Positions 39,421-51,355 of a stretch of 64,000 bases of DNA are shown here, piece after piece. The DNA lies in NCBI GenBank assembly GCA_030390025.1, contig JASTWF010000035.1:2976001-3040000 (forward strand), given 5' to 3'. How positions within the stretch are numbered: the stretch's first letter is position 1; each line of letters opens with the position of its first letter. Position numbers and translations under genes: made by a program. The notes below the pieces were generated by a model. That model did not search any database. It saw only the letters and a list, made by a program, of their open reading frames with translations, and was not told the DNA's origin. This DNA is from Squalus acanthias (lineage: Eukaryota).

Positions 39421-40597
39421 AAAGGTTGGAATAAGGGAACACTGAAAAGGCATTGGTCAATGTGTACATATATCTCTCCCTTTTAAAGGGTTCTGATTGT
39501 GCTAATTCAGTGCAATGCTGTAAATGTTCAATGTTTTCTGGGTGCTGAAATGATGCTGCTTTAACTGCCGGAGCTGGGAGCAGGTTATCTGTTTGCACAT
39601 TTAGCTGGGAATTGTTTAGTGCAGAGATCTAGAAAATCTGAAATAACTTGATAGCCCAAACAAAAGAAGAGATAAATTACAGTTTATTTTGTAAAGAATT
39701 TTGAAATTCCTTTAGCTCAGTGTTGTCCACAGCTGTTGCTACGACAACACCATTTTAGGCACATGCACCAATTTTAGTAGAATCCAGGTAAATGTACTTC
39801 ACGTGTGGATATTTACTTAACAAACATCTATCACCATTCAGTAACCAAGGAAGTAAAGCTCTCAACAATCAAAAAACACTCTGCTTTTCGTCTCACCATT
39901 TTACCAACAAGCGCAGAAAAATGTTAAAGTTTAAATGCATATGCCGTGCGAATGAGCATTGAGATCACAGGCCTATAAACAATTGTGTCTATTACTCATT
40001 TTTCAGAAATGCAATGGCTAGTAGCTAACACATTGGACAACACTGCTTTCGTTCACAGCTGAATGGGCTATTTTTGTGAAAATGTTATGCCTAGTTTTGA
40101 GTTCTGTTTAAGGACAAATGGGGCTCATTATTACTTCAAATTATGTAATTGAAAGGAGTCTATCTGCGTGTTTTAGCAGGTTCAAAGTTGGATGGAGCAC
40201 AGTACCTTGATACAATACTTTGTAGCTGTCACATCCGCTGTAACAGTGCAAACGTTTTCAGTTTGCTAATATGGTGCTTTGAGAGCTGAATTAAGATTTT
40301 GCATGCATTTTGCAGTGCCTCTCGGGCTTGTGATGGACAGCAGCAGACAAGCAAATTACATCTGTCTTACAGGTTCTGAATTTCTGTTCACTCCTGGTTG
40401 TGTGTCTAGTGTAATTCTGTGCATTTTGCTTGTTAGTAAATATTTACTGCCTTTCCATGGTGGAGGTTGTACCTTGTTAACACATACAATATGGATTGGC
40501 GTGAAAATACTCAAAACAGTTAAAGGAAAACTCAGTCATTGGTGTACTTACAAATGTCTCGATGTGGTGCAGAAACCCACCTGAAATCTGTATAAAA

Positions 40598-40616
40598 CCA
40601 CCACTAGGGGGTAGCC
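40598..40616 (+). promoter_or_regulatory. CTCF-like motif
   Basis: CCACCACTAGGGGGTAG resembles the CCAC(C/T)AG(A/G)(G/T)GGC consensus and lies in unique sequence. Confidence 0.4.
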
Positions 40617-43009
40617 CTGACATCTGTACCAGTTAAAACAGTCCCGCTGCTTTTTTTAAAGTAAGATAATGGAGCAGAGTTTGTTAATCAGTAAACTGCC
40701 AGCAATTTGTGGCCCAGGTAGAAGGACAGTTCTGTCAGCAGTGATCATTGTTCAAGGTGAGGTCATTTCAAGGGAAGTGATAAAGTGATTGTGGCCATTG
40801 ATATTTTTAAGGGGTATGAATCCCTTTTCCTTGCAGCTGGACAGATGAACTGCAGCCAAGCCTTTGTCAACACTGATAACCAGCCACTAGGATGCGCACA
40901 GCAGCAGCCAAAGGACAGCTCTCTTCCTCCCACCAGCCCATCTGTGTTCAATAGCACAGCTAAGATCAACAACTGACTAGGGGGGAGGATCACACCAGCG
41001 CCCCACAGTCTGTACCATGCATTACTTCTCCAATCCAATTACACATGTTTTGCTTCTTAAATTCCTGGTATTTCCTTAAACCTAAACTTCTGACGCAAGT
41101 TTTAAAGGAAGACAGGCAATCTGGAATTTTATTCCATTGAGGAGAAGCATTGTTTTGAACTGGGGTTCCAAGCACAGAAAGGGACACATATCTGTGGTCT
41201 GTGCTTTGAGCTGTCAACAGTGTTATTCTGCATCTGCCTTGTGCTCTCTAGTCTGGGAGCATTTGATGCTGATAATGGGTGAAAGTGTTCCCACGTCCCT
41301 TAAACTGATATATCTCATCTTAATTAGTAGAAAATGTTACCGTGGTGTGCGAGAGAGTGGTGTGGGCTGTGCTCAATATGTGCAAGTCCTCCCTACTCCA
41401 TCCTGTTCTAGTTCCTTCTGGTTTTAATTGTTAAACATGGATGGAGTACAGGATATTGCACACTGTTTCTCAATAGGACATGGGGTCAGGGTTTCTTGCA
41501 CTGATATAGTGGGCTATTCCCTACTTTGGGCTCACCTTTATTCGGTAGAATACAATGAGCCATCCTTTACAGGATTTAGGTGGTCGCTGTTCCAAATGAG
41601 ATTTTTCTTGTGAAGCAATGCACCCTAACATATTTTGGTTTATATTTAACATGGCTTTTGCTCTTTAACTCTGAGTCATCACATTGTTACCTCAGTGTAT
41701 TGCACCATATTTTGTGAACAAAGTGCATGTTCTATCTTCTCAAATTCCAGTCTCGTACATTGCCGTTGGGAAGTGGCGAGCTGCAATGGGCTCCTCGCCA
41801 CAGGCAGCAATCAGATGGAGGTATCCTGAACTACTCTGTAGAATCTTTGAGCCACTTCAGAACTGTGTTGGCAAGGTCACAGTTGGCACTTGGAGAAAAA
41901 CAGGGAAGAAAATGGAGGGAGACTTGCCTCCCTCTTCCCAGAAAAATCTCCACAGCTGCTCACATTCCAGTGCATTTACTAATTGCATGTTAGTCGGTGG
42001 ATCACCACTTGGTTCTGTGGCTTTAGCTAGTGTAGTGTAAGGTTAGGCATTTAGTGTAGGACGTATCAGAATCTGGGATGGTTATTGTGAAGAACAGATT
42101 GCTGAATTTTTTCCATGATATTTGATTTTATCTAAAATGTGTTGCAATCAATTTCTGGTGGAAATTTCTAAAAGAGAAAATAAATTTTTATCCAAATGTT
42201 CTTGTTGTCTTTAACTATCACATTGCCTACAATATCACCCCAAACTCTTAAAGCAATATTGTGCAATCTCGTCCTTCAACAAGTATGCACATGTGTACAT
42301 ACAGATACACACAAGCTTCACTCACCAATTCACAGACCTCTGAAGGTATGGATAGTCTGATTGATGGGTATTGATAATCTAGGGTCTGTAGATATTGATA
42401 ATCTAGAGACTGGGGGTATTGATAATCTGGGGACTGAAGTTATTGAATAAAGAATTCAATCTACACAGGAGACTGGAGAATCCGGGTCCCGATTTGGAAT
42501 TCCAGATATCTGCAGTTGTGTTGAGGCCATCCTATTGGAGCAGATGTTTACATCTAGCATGTACTAACAACACAATTGCGAACTAGGTTATACTCCTACT
42601 GACTGTGAGGGAACATCTTACAAGTAGTGACCATAATATGATTGAATTTGATATTAGGTTTGAGAGGGAGAAGCACAAACCAAGGATTTAAATTATAAAC
42701 TTCAAAGGGACTAGTAATAAACTGCCCACAGTAGACTGGGCTGAGCTATTAATGGGTAAAGCTATAGACAAACAGTGGGAAGTATCACGGTAAAAGAAAA
42801 GGTTTACACAATGCAAAACAGAGCGGAAATCCAACAGACTGGGATAATTATAAAAAAACGGATATAAAGGAAGTAATGAGGTGCAAAAAGGGAGTATGAA
42901 CAAAAGCTTGAGAGCGATATCAAAACTAGCATTGAGAAAGGAATTGGTAAAGGGGATTGTGGGCCCATTAAAGGATTCAAATTAAAAGGATAATGGCAAG
43001 TAAAACAGA

Positions 43010-44677
43010 ACTCTCTTCAAGAAAGGAAATAGGAATGACCCTGGTAATTATAGGCCGGTTAGTCTTACTTCGGTGGTTGGTAAGATAATGGAAAAGGTCC
43101 TGAGGGATAGGATTTATGACCATTTGGAAAGGGGCAACTTAATCAGGGATAGTCAACACGGATTCGTGAAGGGTAAGTCTTGCCTAACAAATTTGATTGA
43201 ATTCTTTGAGGAGGTAACTAAGTGTGTAGATGAAGGTAGAGCAGTTGATGTCGTATACATGGATTTTAGTAAGGCGTTTGATAAGGTTCCCCATGGTCGG
43301 CTCATGAAGAAAGTAAGGAGTTGTGGGATAGAGGGGAAATTTGGCCGATTGGATAAGTAACTGGCTATCTCATAGAAGTCATGATGCGGAGATGCCGGTG
43401 TTGGACTGGGGTGGACAAAAATTAGAGGTCGCACAACACCAGGTTATAGTCCAACAGTTTTATTTGAAATCACAAGCTTTCGGAGCTATCGATTTGCTCC
43501 TTCCTCAGGTGAACTTCACCTGAGGAAGGAGCAAATCGATAGCTCCGAAAGCTTGTGATTTCAAATAAAACTGTTGGACTATAACCTGGTGTTGTGCGAC
43601 CTCTCATTTTTATCTCATAGAAGGCAGAGGGTGGTGGTGGATGGAACATTTTCGGACTGGAGACCAGTTACCAGCGGTGTGCCACAGGGGTCGGTGCTGG
43701 GTCCTCTGCTGTTTGTGATTTTTATCAATGACTTGGAGGAGGGGACTGAAGGGTGGATCAGTAAATTTGCTGATGACACCAAGATTGGTGGAGCAGTGGA
43801 TGAGGTGGAGGGCTGTTGTCGGCTGCAAAGAGACATTGATAGGATGCAGAGCTGGGCCGAAAAATGGCAGATGGAATTTAACCCTGATAAGTGCGAGGTG
43901 ATTCATTTTGGTAGGGCAAATTTGAATAAGGATTACAGGGTCAACGGCAGGGTTCTGAGGAATGTGGAGGAGCAGAGGGATCTGGGGGTTCATATCCACA
44001 GATCTCTGAAGGTTGCCACTCAAGTGGATAGAGCAGTAAAGAAGGCCTATGGTGTGTTGGCGTTTATTAACAGAGGGTTTGAGTTTAAGAACCGTGAGGT
44101 TATGCTGCAACTGTACAGGACCTTGGTGAGACCACATTTGGAATATTGTGTGCAGTTCTGGTCACCTCACTATAGGAAGGACGTGGAAGCATTGGAAAGA
44201 GTGCAAAGGAGATTTACCAGGATGCTGCCTGGTTTGGGGGGGAGGTCTTATGAGGAAAGATTGAGGGAGTTGGGGCTTTTCTCTTTAGAGCGGAGGAGGA
44301 TGAGAGGCGACTTAATAGAGGTTTATAAGATGATGAGGGGGATAGATAGAGTGGATGTTCAGAGACTATTTCCTCGGGTAGAGGCAGCTGTTACAAGGGG
44401 GCATAACTATAAGGTGCATGGGGGGAGATATAGAAGGGATGTCCGAGGTAGATTCTTTACTCAGAGAGTGGTTGGGGTGTGGAATGGACTGCCTGCTGTG
44501 ATAGTGGAGTCGGACACTTTAGGAACTTTCAAGCGGTTATTGGATAAGCACATGGAGCACACCAGAGTGATAGGGAGTGTGATAGCTTGATCTTGGTCTC
44601 GGACAATGCTCGGCACAACATCGAGGGCCGAAGGGCCTGTACTGTGCTGTACTGTTCTATGTTCTATGTTCTATGTA
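43010..44677 (+). mobile_element. Young 5'-truncated CR1 interrupted by a Penelope-like hairpin
   Basis: RT ORFs 43073-43360 and 43574-44590; (TTCTATG)n tail. Confidence 0.93.
43379..43610. mobile_element. Penelope-like inverted pLTR hairpin with hammerhead motifs (+ 43516-43558; - 43470-43512)
   Basis: 13-bp TSD TATCTCATAGAAG (43366-43378 / 43611-43623). 97-bp arms around 43514. Core reads tcac-CTGAGGA-a-GGAGC..GCTCC-GAAA-gc-TT-gtga. Confidence 0.87.
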
Positions 44678-45459
44678 GAACAAAAAACAATGGAAAGTGT
44701 GAGCCAAGCAAGTGGCAGGCCCCAGCGATACAAAAAAACTCGAGAAATGAGAATACAAACACAAGGGGACAACCACCCTCCTGCCCACACCCCCGCACCC
44801 AGATTAATCAGTACCCAGTCCCCAGACTATCGATAGACCCCGTTCCCCCAGACTATCGATGTCCCCGGTCCCCAGACTCCCGGTTCTGCCTTTAATGTCC
44901 TGTGAATCTGTCCCCCCAAATCCCTATGCTCCCCACAACCCCGAGCTGTCTCCCATTCACAGAAAAATAGAAATGTCAAAGCTAAAGGCACTATATTTGA
45001 ATGTGCGAAGCATTCGCAACAAAATAGATGAATTAATAGCACAGATAGAAATTAATGGGTTTGATCTAATAGCCATTACGTGGTTGCAAAGTGACCAAGG
45101 TTGGGAACTAAATATTCCAGGATACTTAACTTTTAGAAGAGATAGCAAAATGGAAAAGGAGGCGGATTATCCCTGATAAAGGATGGGATAAAGACTGTAG
45201 AGAGAAAGGATCTTAGCTTGGAAAATCATGAAGTAGTATCAGTTTTGGTGGAGCTAAGAAACAGCAAGGGGCAGAAAACATTAGTAGCAGTTGTTTATAG
45301 GCCCCCAAACAGTAGTTGTAATGTAGGGCAGAGTATAAATCAAGAAATTAGAGGCGAATGTAACAAGAGTAATACAGTAATCATGGACTTTAAACTACAT
45401 ATAGACTGGGCAAACCAAATTTGCAGTAAGAGTGTGGAGGACGAATTCATGGAATGTAT

Positions 45460-46600
45460 CGGAGACGGTATCAGCGACGGTATTTAAACAGCAGGGATCA
45501 GGCAGCGCGGTCCTAATTGGAGGCGGTATCAGCGACGGTATTTACACAGCGGGGATCGGGCAGCGCGGTCCTAATTGGAGGCGGTATCAGCGACGGTATT
45601 TACACAGCGGGAGACCGGGCAGTGCGGTCCTAATTGGAGGCGGTATCAGCGACGGTATTTACACAGCGGGGATCGGGCAGCACGGTCCTAATTGGAGGCG
45701 GTATCAGCGACGGTATTTACACAGCGGGGATCGGGCAGCGCGGTCCTAATTGGAGGCGGTATCAGCGACGGTATTTACACAGCGGGGATCGGGCAGCACT
45801 ATCCTAATTGGAGGCGGTATCAGCGACGGTATTTACACAGCGGGGATCGGGCAGCGCGGCCCTAATTGGAGGCGGTATCAGCGACGGTTTAAACAGCGGG
45901 GATCGGGCAGCGCGGTCCTAATTGGAGACGGTATCAGCGACGGTATTTACACAGCGGGGATCGGGCAGCACGGTCCTAATTGGAGACGGTATCAGCGACG
46001 GTATTTACACAGCGGGAGACCGGGCAGTGCGGTCCTAATTGGAGGCGGTATCAGTGGCGGTATTTACACAGCGGGGACCGGGCAGCGCGGTCCTAATTGG
46101 AGACGGTATCAGCGACGGTATTTAAACAGCGGGGATTGGGCAGCACGGTCCTAATTGGAGGCGGTATCAGCGACGGTATTTACACATAGAAATATAGAAG
46201 ATAGGAGCAGGAGTAGGCCATTCGGCCCCTCGAGCCTGCTCCGCCATTCGATGAGATCATGGCTGATCATCCAAACTCAGTACCCTGTACCTGCCTTCTC
46301 CCCATATCCCTTGATACCTTTAGTTTTAAGAAATATATCTAACTCATTCTTGAATATATTTAATGACTTGGCCTCAACTACCTTCTGTGGTGGAGAATTC
46401 CACAGGTTCACCACTCTCTGGGTGAAGAAATTCTTCCTCATTTCTGTCCTAAATGGCTTACCCCTTATCCTTAGATTATGACCCCTGGTTCTGGACTCTC
46501 CGACCATCAGGAACATTCTTCCTGCATCTAGCCGGACAACGCGGTCCTAATTGAAGGCGGTATCAGCGACGGTATTTACACAGCGGGAAACGGGCAGCGC
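45460..46600 (+). repeat. 58-bp CpG-rich tandem array (about 14 monomers), interrupted by a - strand CR1 3' fragment at about 46187-46531
   Basis: Unit GGAGGCGGTATCAGCGACGGTATTTACACAGCGGGGATCGGGCAGCGCGGTCCTAATT. Confidence 0.95.
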
Positions 46601-49600
46601 CGACTGGTGAGTGTAAAGAAGTAAAAAGTAATCAAAGTGTGACGTCACCAGAAAGCAGGTAAGTGATTGGTTGGTGAGTATTCCTCTATTTCTCACATTT
46701 TTCCAAACTTGAGCGTCTATGTTTAAGTGCCTTGGTGTAGATTAAAAGATATACGTGTCCCAAATTTTAAAAACTAATTAATTAATTAATTGAGATGGGA
46801 GACCAGGCAATGTGTTGTTGTTGCATGTGGGAGCTGGTGGACACCATTGAGGTCCAGGGGGCGACCACATCTGCAGCAAATGTCGGCTGCTCGAGGAACT
46901 TCGGCTCAGAGTTGATGAGCTGGAGTCCGAGCTTCAGACACTGCGACACATTAGGGAGGGGGAGCGTTACCTGGACACTAAGTTTCAGGAGGCAGTCACA
47001 CCCACTAGAGTAATTACTTCCAATTTGGCCCATGGTCAGGGACAGGAGGGTGTGACTACAAGCGAGGCAGGTATTGGGATCCAGGAGGTAGTGGTGGAGG
47101 AGCCTCAGCCCTTGGCCTTGTCCAACAGGTACGAGGTTTTTACTCCCTGTGTGGACGAGAGCAGGGACTGCAGGGAGGATGAGCAAACTGACCACAGCAC
47201 CGTGGTACAGGGAGCCATTCAAGTGGGGGGAGTAAAAAGAAATGTTGTAGTGATTGAGGGCAGTATAGTGACGGGGATAGATACTGTTCTCTGCAGCCGA
47301 GAGTGTGAGTCCCGAAGGCTGTGTTGCCTGCCCGGTGCCAGGGTTAAGGACATCTCCTCTGGGCTGGAGAGAAACTTGGAGTGGGAGGGGGAAGATCCAA
47401 TTGTCTTGGTCCACGTAGGTACCAATGACATAGGTAGGACAAAGAAAGAGGTTCTGCTGAGAGAGTATGAGCAGCTAGGGGCTAAATTAAAAAGCAGAAC
47501 CACAAGGGAATAATCTCTGAATTGCTACCTGAGCCATGAGCGAATTTGCATAGGGTAAACAAGAGCAGAGAAATGAACGAGTGGCTCAAAGACTTGTGTG
47601 GGAGAAATGGGTTTCGATTTGTGGGGCACTGGCACCAGTACTGGGATAAGAGGGAGCTGTTCCATTTGGACCGGCTTCACTTGAACCATGCTGGGACTAG
47701 AGTCCTGGCGAATCGAATAACTAGGGCTGTAGAGAGGGCTTTAAACTAAGTAGTGGGGGGGAGGGTCCAGGTGAGCGGGAATTTAAAAAGTCAATGAGAA
47801 ATGAGAAAACAATAGAGCAGGATAGAGATGGGGGAAATAATAACCAGAGTGTGACAGGAAGGGACAGAATGTTTAAAAATAAGAGTGCAACAGAAAATGG
47901 GGCCAAAACAAGGAGAAATGGTAAAAAGACAAAGTTAAAAGTTCTATATCTGAATGCACGCAGCATTTGTAACAAGATAAATGAGTTGACGGCACAAATC
48001 GATACAAATGGGTATGATCTGATCGCCATTACAGAGACGTGGTTGCAAGGCGACCAGGGCTGGGAACTGAATATTCCAGGGTATATGATAATTCGGAAGG
48101 ATAGAAAGAAAGGAAAGGGAGGTGGGGTGGCTTTGTTGGTAAAGGATGGGATCAGTGCAGTGGTGGGAAGTGATATTGGCTCAGAAGATCAAGATGTAGA
48201 ATCGGTTTGGGTGGAGATAAAAAATAATAAGGGGAAAAAGTCTCTGGTGGGTGTAGTCTACAAGCCCCCGAACAGTAGCAATGCTGTTGGACAGAGTATA
48301 AATCAACAAATAATGGAGGCCTGTAAAAAAGGTACGGTAATAATCATGGGTGATTTTAATCTCCATATTGATTGGACAAATCAAATTGGCCATGGTAGCC
48401 TTGAGGAGGAGTTCATAGAGTGTATCCGGGATGATTTCCTAGAACAGTATGTAATGGAGCCAACCAGGGAGCAGGCTATCTTGGATCTGGTACTGTGTAA
48501 TGAGACAGGATTAATAAATTATCTCATAGTAAAGGATCCTCTAGGAAAGAGTGATCATAACATGGTTGAATTTCAAATTCAGTTGGAGGGTGAGAAAGTT
48601 GTATCTCAAACCAGTGTCCTGATCTTAAACAAAGGCAATTACAATGGCATGAGGGCAGAACTGGCTAAAGTGGACTGGAAAAATAAATTAAAGGGTAAGG
48701 CAGTTGAAATGCAGTGGTAGACATTTAAGGAGATATTTTATAACTCTCAACAAAAATATATTCCAGTGAGAAAGAAAGATTTTAAGAGAAGGGAGCACCA
48801 TCTGTGGCTAACTAAGGAAGTAAAGGATGGTATCAAATTGAAAACAAAGGCATACAATGTTGCCAAGATTGGTAGGAGGCCAGAGGATTGGGAAATTTTT
48901 AAAAACCAGCAAAAGATGACTAAAAATATAATAAAGAGAGAGAAGATGAATTATGAGAGTAAACTGGCAAGAAATATTAAAACAGAAAGTAAGAGCTTCT
49001 ACAGGTATATAAAAAGGAAGAGAGTAGCTAAAGTAAACGTTGGTCACTTAGAGGATGAGACTGGGGAATTAATAATGGGGAACGGGGAAATGGCAGAGAC
49101 TCTGAACAAATATTTTGTATCTGTCTTCACGGTAGAAGACACGAACAACATCCCAATAATGGATAATCAAGGGGCCACAGGGAGGGGGGAGCTAAAGACA
49201 ATCACTAAGGAAATAGTACTTGGTAAAATAATGGGACTAAAAGATGACAAGTCCCCTGGACCAGATGGCCTGCATCCCAGGGTCTTAAAAGAAGTGGCTG
49301 CAGAGATAGTGGATGCATTGGTTACAATATACCAAAATTCCCTGGACTCTGGAGAGGTCCGAGCGGATTGGAAAACCGTAAATGTAACATGCCTATTTAA
49401 GAAAGGAGGGAGACAGAAAGCAGGAAACTATAGATCAGTTAGCCTAACATCTGTCGTTGGGAAAATGCTGGAGTCCTTCAATGCAGTCAAACAGAGTCAG
49501 CATGGTTTTATAAAAGGGAAATCATGTTTAACAAATTTGCTGGAGTTCTTTGAGGATGTAACGAGCAGGGTGGATAAGGGTGAGCCAGTGGATGTGGTGT

Positions 49601-50235
49601 ATTTGGATTTCCGGAAGGCATTCGATAAGGTGCCACATAAAAGGTTACTGCATGAGATAAGAGCTCACGGAGTTGGGGGTAATATATTAGCATGGATAGA
49701 GAATTGGCGAAATAACAGAAAGCAGCGAGTCGGGATAAATGGGTCATTTTCCGGTTAGCAAACGGTAACTAGTGGGGTGCCACAAGGATCAGTGCTGGGA
49801 CCTCAACTATTTACAATCTACATTAATGACTTGGATGAAGGGATCGAGTGTAATGTAGCCAAGTTTGCGAATGATACAAAGATGGGTGGGAAAGCATGTT
49901 GTGCAGAGGACTCAAAGAATCTGCAAAGGGATATAGACAGGCTAAGTGAGTGGGCAAACATTTGGCAGATGGAGTATAATGTGGGAAAGTGCGAGGTTAT
50001 ACACTTTGGCAGGAAAAATAAAAAAGCAAATTATTATTTAAATGGAGAGAGATTACAAAATGCTACAGTTCAGAGGGACCTGGGGGTCCTTGTGCATGAA
50101 ACACAAAAAGTTAGCATGCAGGTACAGCAAGTAATCAAAAAGGCAAATGGATTGTTGGACTTTATTGCAAGGGGGTTGGAGTATAAAAGCAGGGAAGTCC
50201 TGCTACAACTGTATAGGGTATTGGTGAGACCACAC

Positions 50236-51355
50236 TGTAAGGGGTTTTTGTCTCGGGCTTATTTGTAGGTCAGCCAGTTATGTTTTTCTGGACTGTCCTG
50301 CCCGTTGTGCGGTTGCGAATCGCTATCCCCTTCCTAGTTCTGAGCCCAGGACTTATCGAGTGGCGATAAGGACAAACGAATAGATCCGTGGATTGGTGCG
50401 AGGAAAACCAATGTTTATTTAACAGAGATGAAACATAACATGTCAATCTTAACTTCGGTATAAACGAGGGAAATGACAGTAGAACAATACTTCACCCCTC
50501 CCAACCCCACTTTACTAACTAAGTTAGACTCTTGAGGACCAGGGATAATGCTCACCAAACGAATCCTCTGACAGTTGAGATATGGTTTAAAGTCCTTTTT
50601 AAGTAAAAAAAAGTTTCATAAGGCCCTTGTGCCTCGAGGTGTTTGATGGTCACTGGAACCGTTGCTCTGGTTTCTTGCGTGTCGGTCTGTTTCTGGAGCT
50701 GCTGGCCTTCTTCATTGAACGGTCTTGTTTCTGTTGAACTGTGTACTGGAGAACTCCTGTGATTCAGCTGTCCTGCTTCTGGCCTTCTCTGTGTGGCTTG
50801 AACAGCTTGTTTTAAACTGCTAGGCTGCAAAACTGCTCGTCCCTGTGGAACTCCCGCTTCTTCCAGCACAGGTCTCTGTAGAACTCCGGCTTGTAGAACT
50901 CGTCTCAAGTCATACTGTTCGATTGTTCCTTATTTGCCCGCCAAATCTTCCCAGTGCTTTGTTTAATTCTGGTGGGCTCGTTAAGGTCGCTAACTTTAAT
51001 GGCAGGAGATGGCCTTTAACGATATTAAATATTTGTTAAGTGGAGGATGATTGCTGGTCTGATGGTTGTTCATTTGTGTTGCCTTTACTTCTTTGTATAA
51101 ATGCTAAACAGTTTGATGGGGCTGGAGACAGGTCGACCACCTGTAATATACAACATTGTCTGTAGAGGCCAGCCCCGCCTCCTTTGGCAGCCTGTACTGA
51201 GGTCTGCCCGGGCATGTCACCTGGCCTGCTGTTTTTGCAGGGCCCTGGTTTCTGTTCAATGTCGCAGGCTTCTGCCACGAGGTCTAGAAGCCACTTTGTC
51301 CAGGGTACCCCTTATTAATAACTCTGGGGAATGTGGGAATTTTGAGAACCCTACA
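50236..51355 (-). mobile_element. Solo LTR (1120 bp) inserted in CR1 RT
   Basis: TGTA...TACA termini and 4-bp TSD ACAC (50232-50235 / 51356-51359). Splits LVRPH|LEYC. AATAAA on the - strand near 50415. Confidence 0.82.

Noticed and set aside
45460..46600. CRISPR-like appearance of tandem arrays (also 32367-32880 and the satellite)
   Set aside because: Head-to-tail repeats with no unique spacers, no cas genes, and a eukaryotic context.
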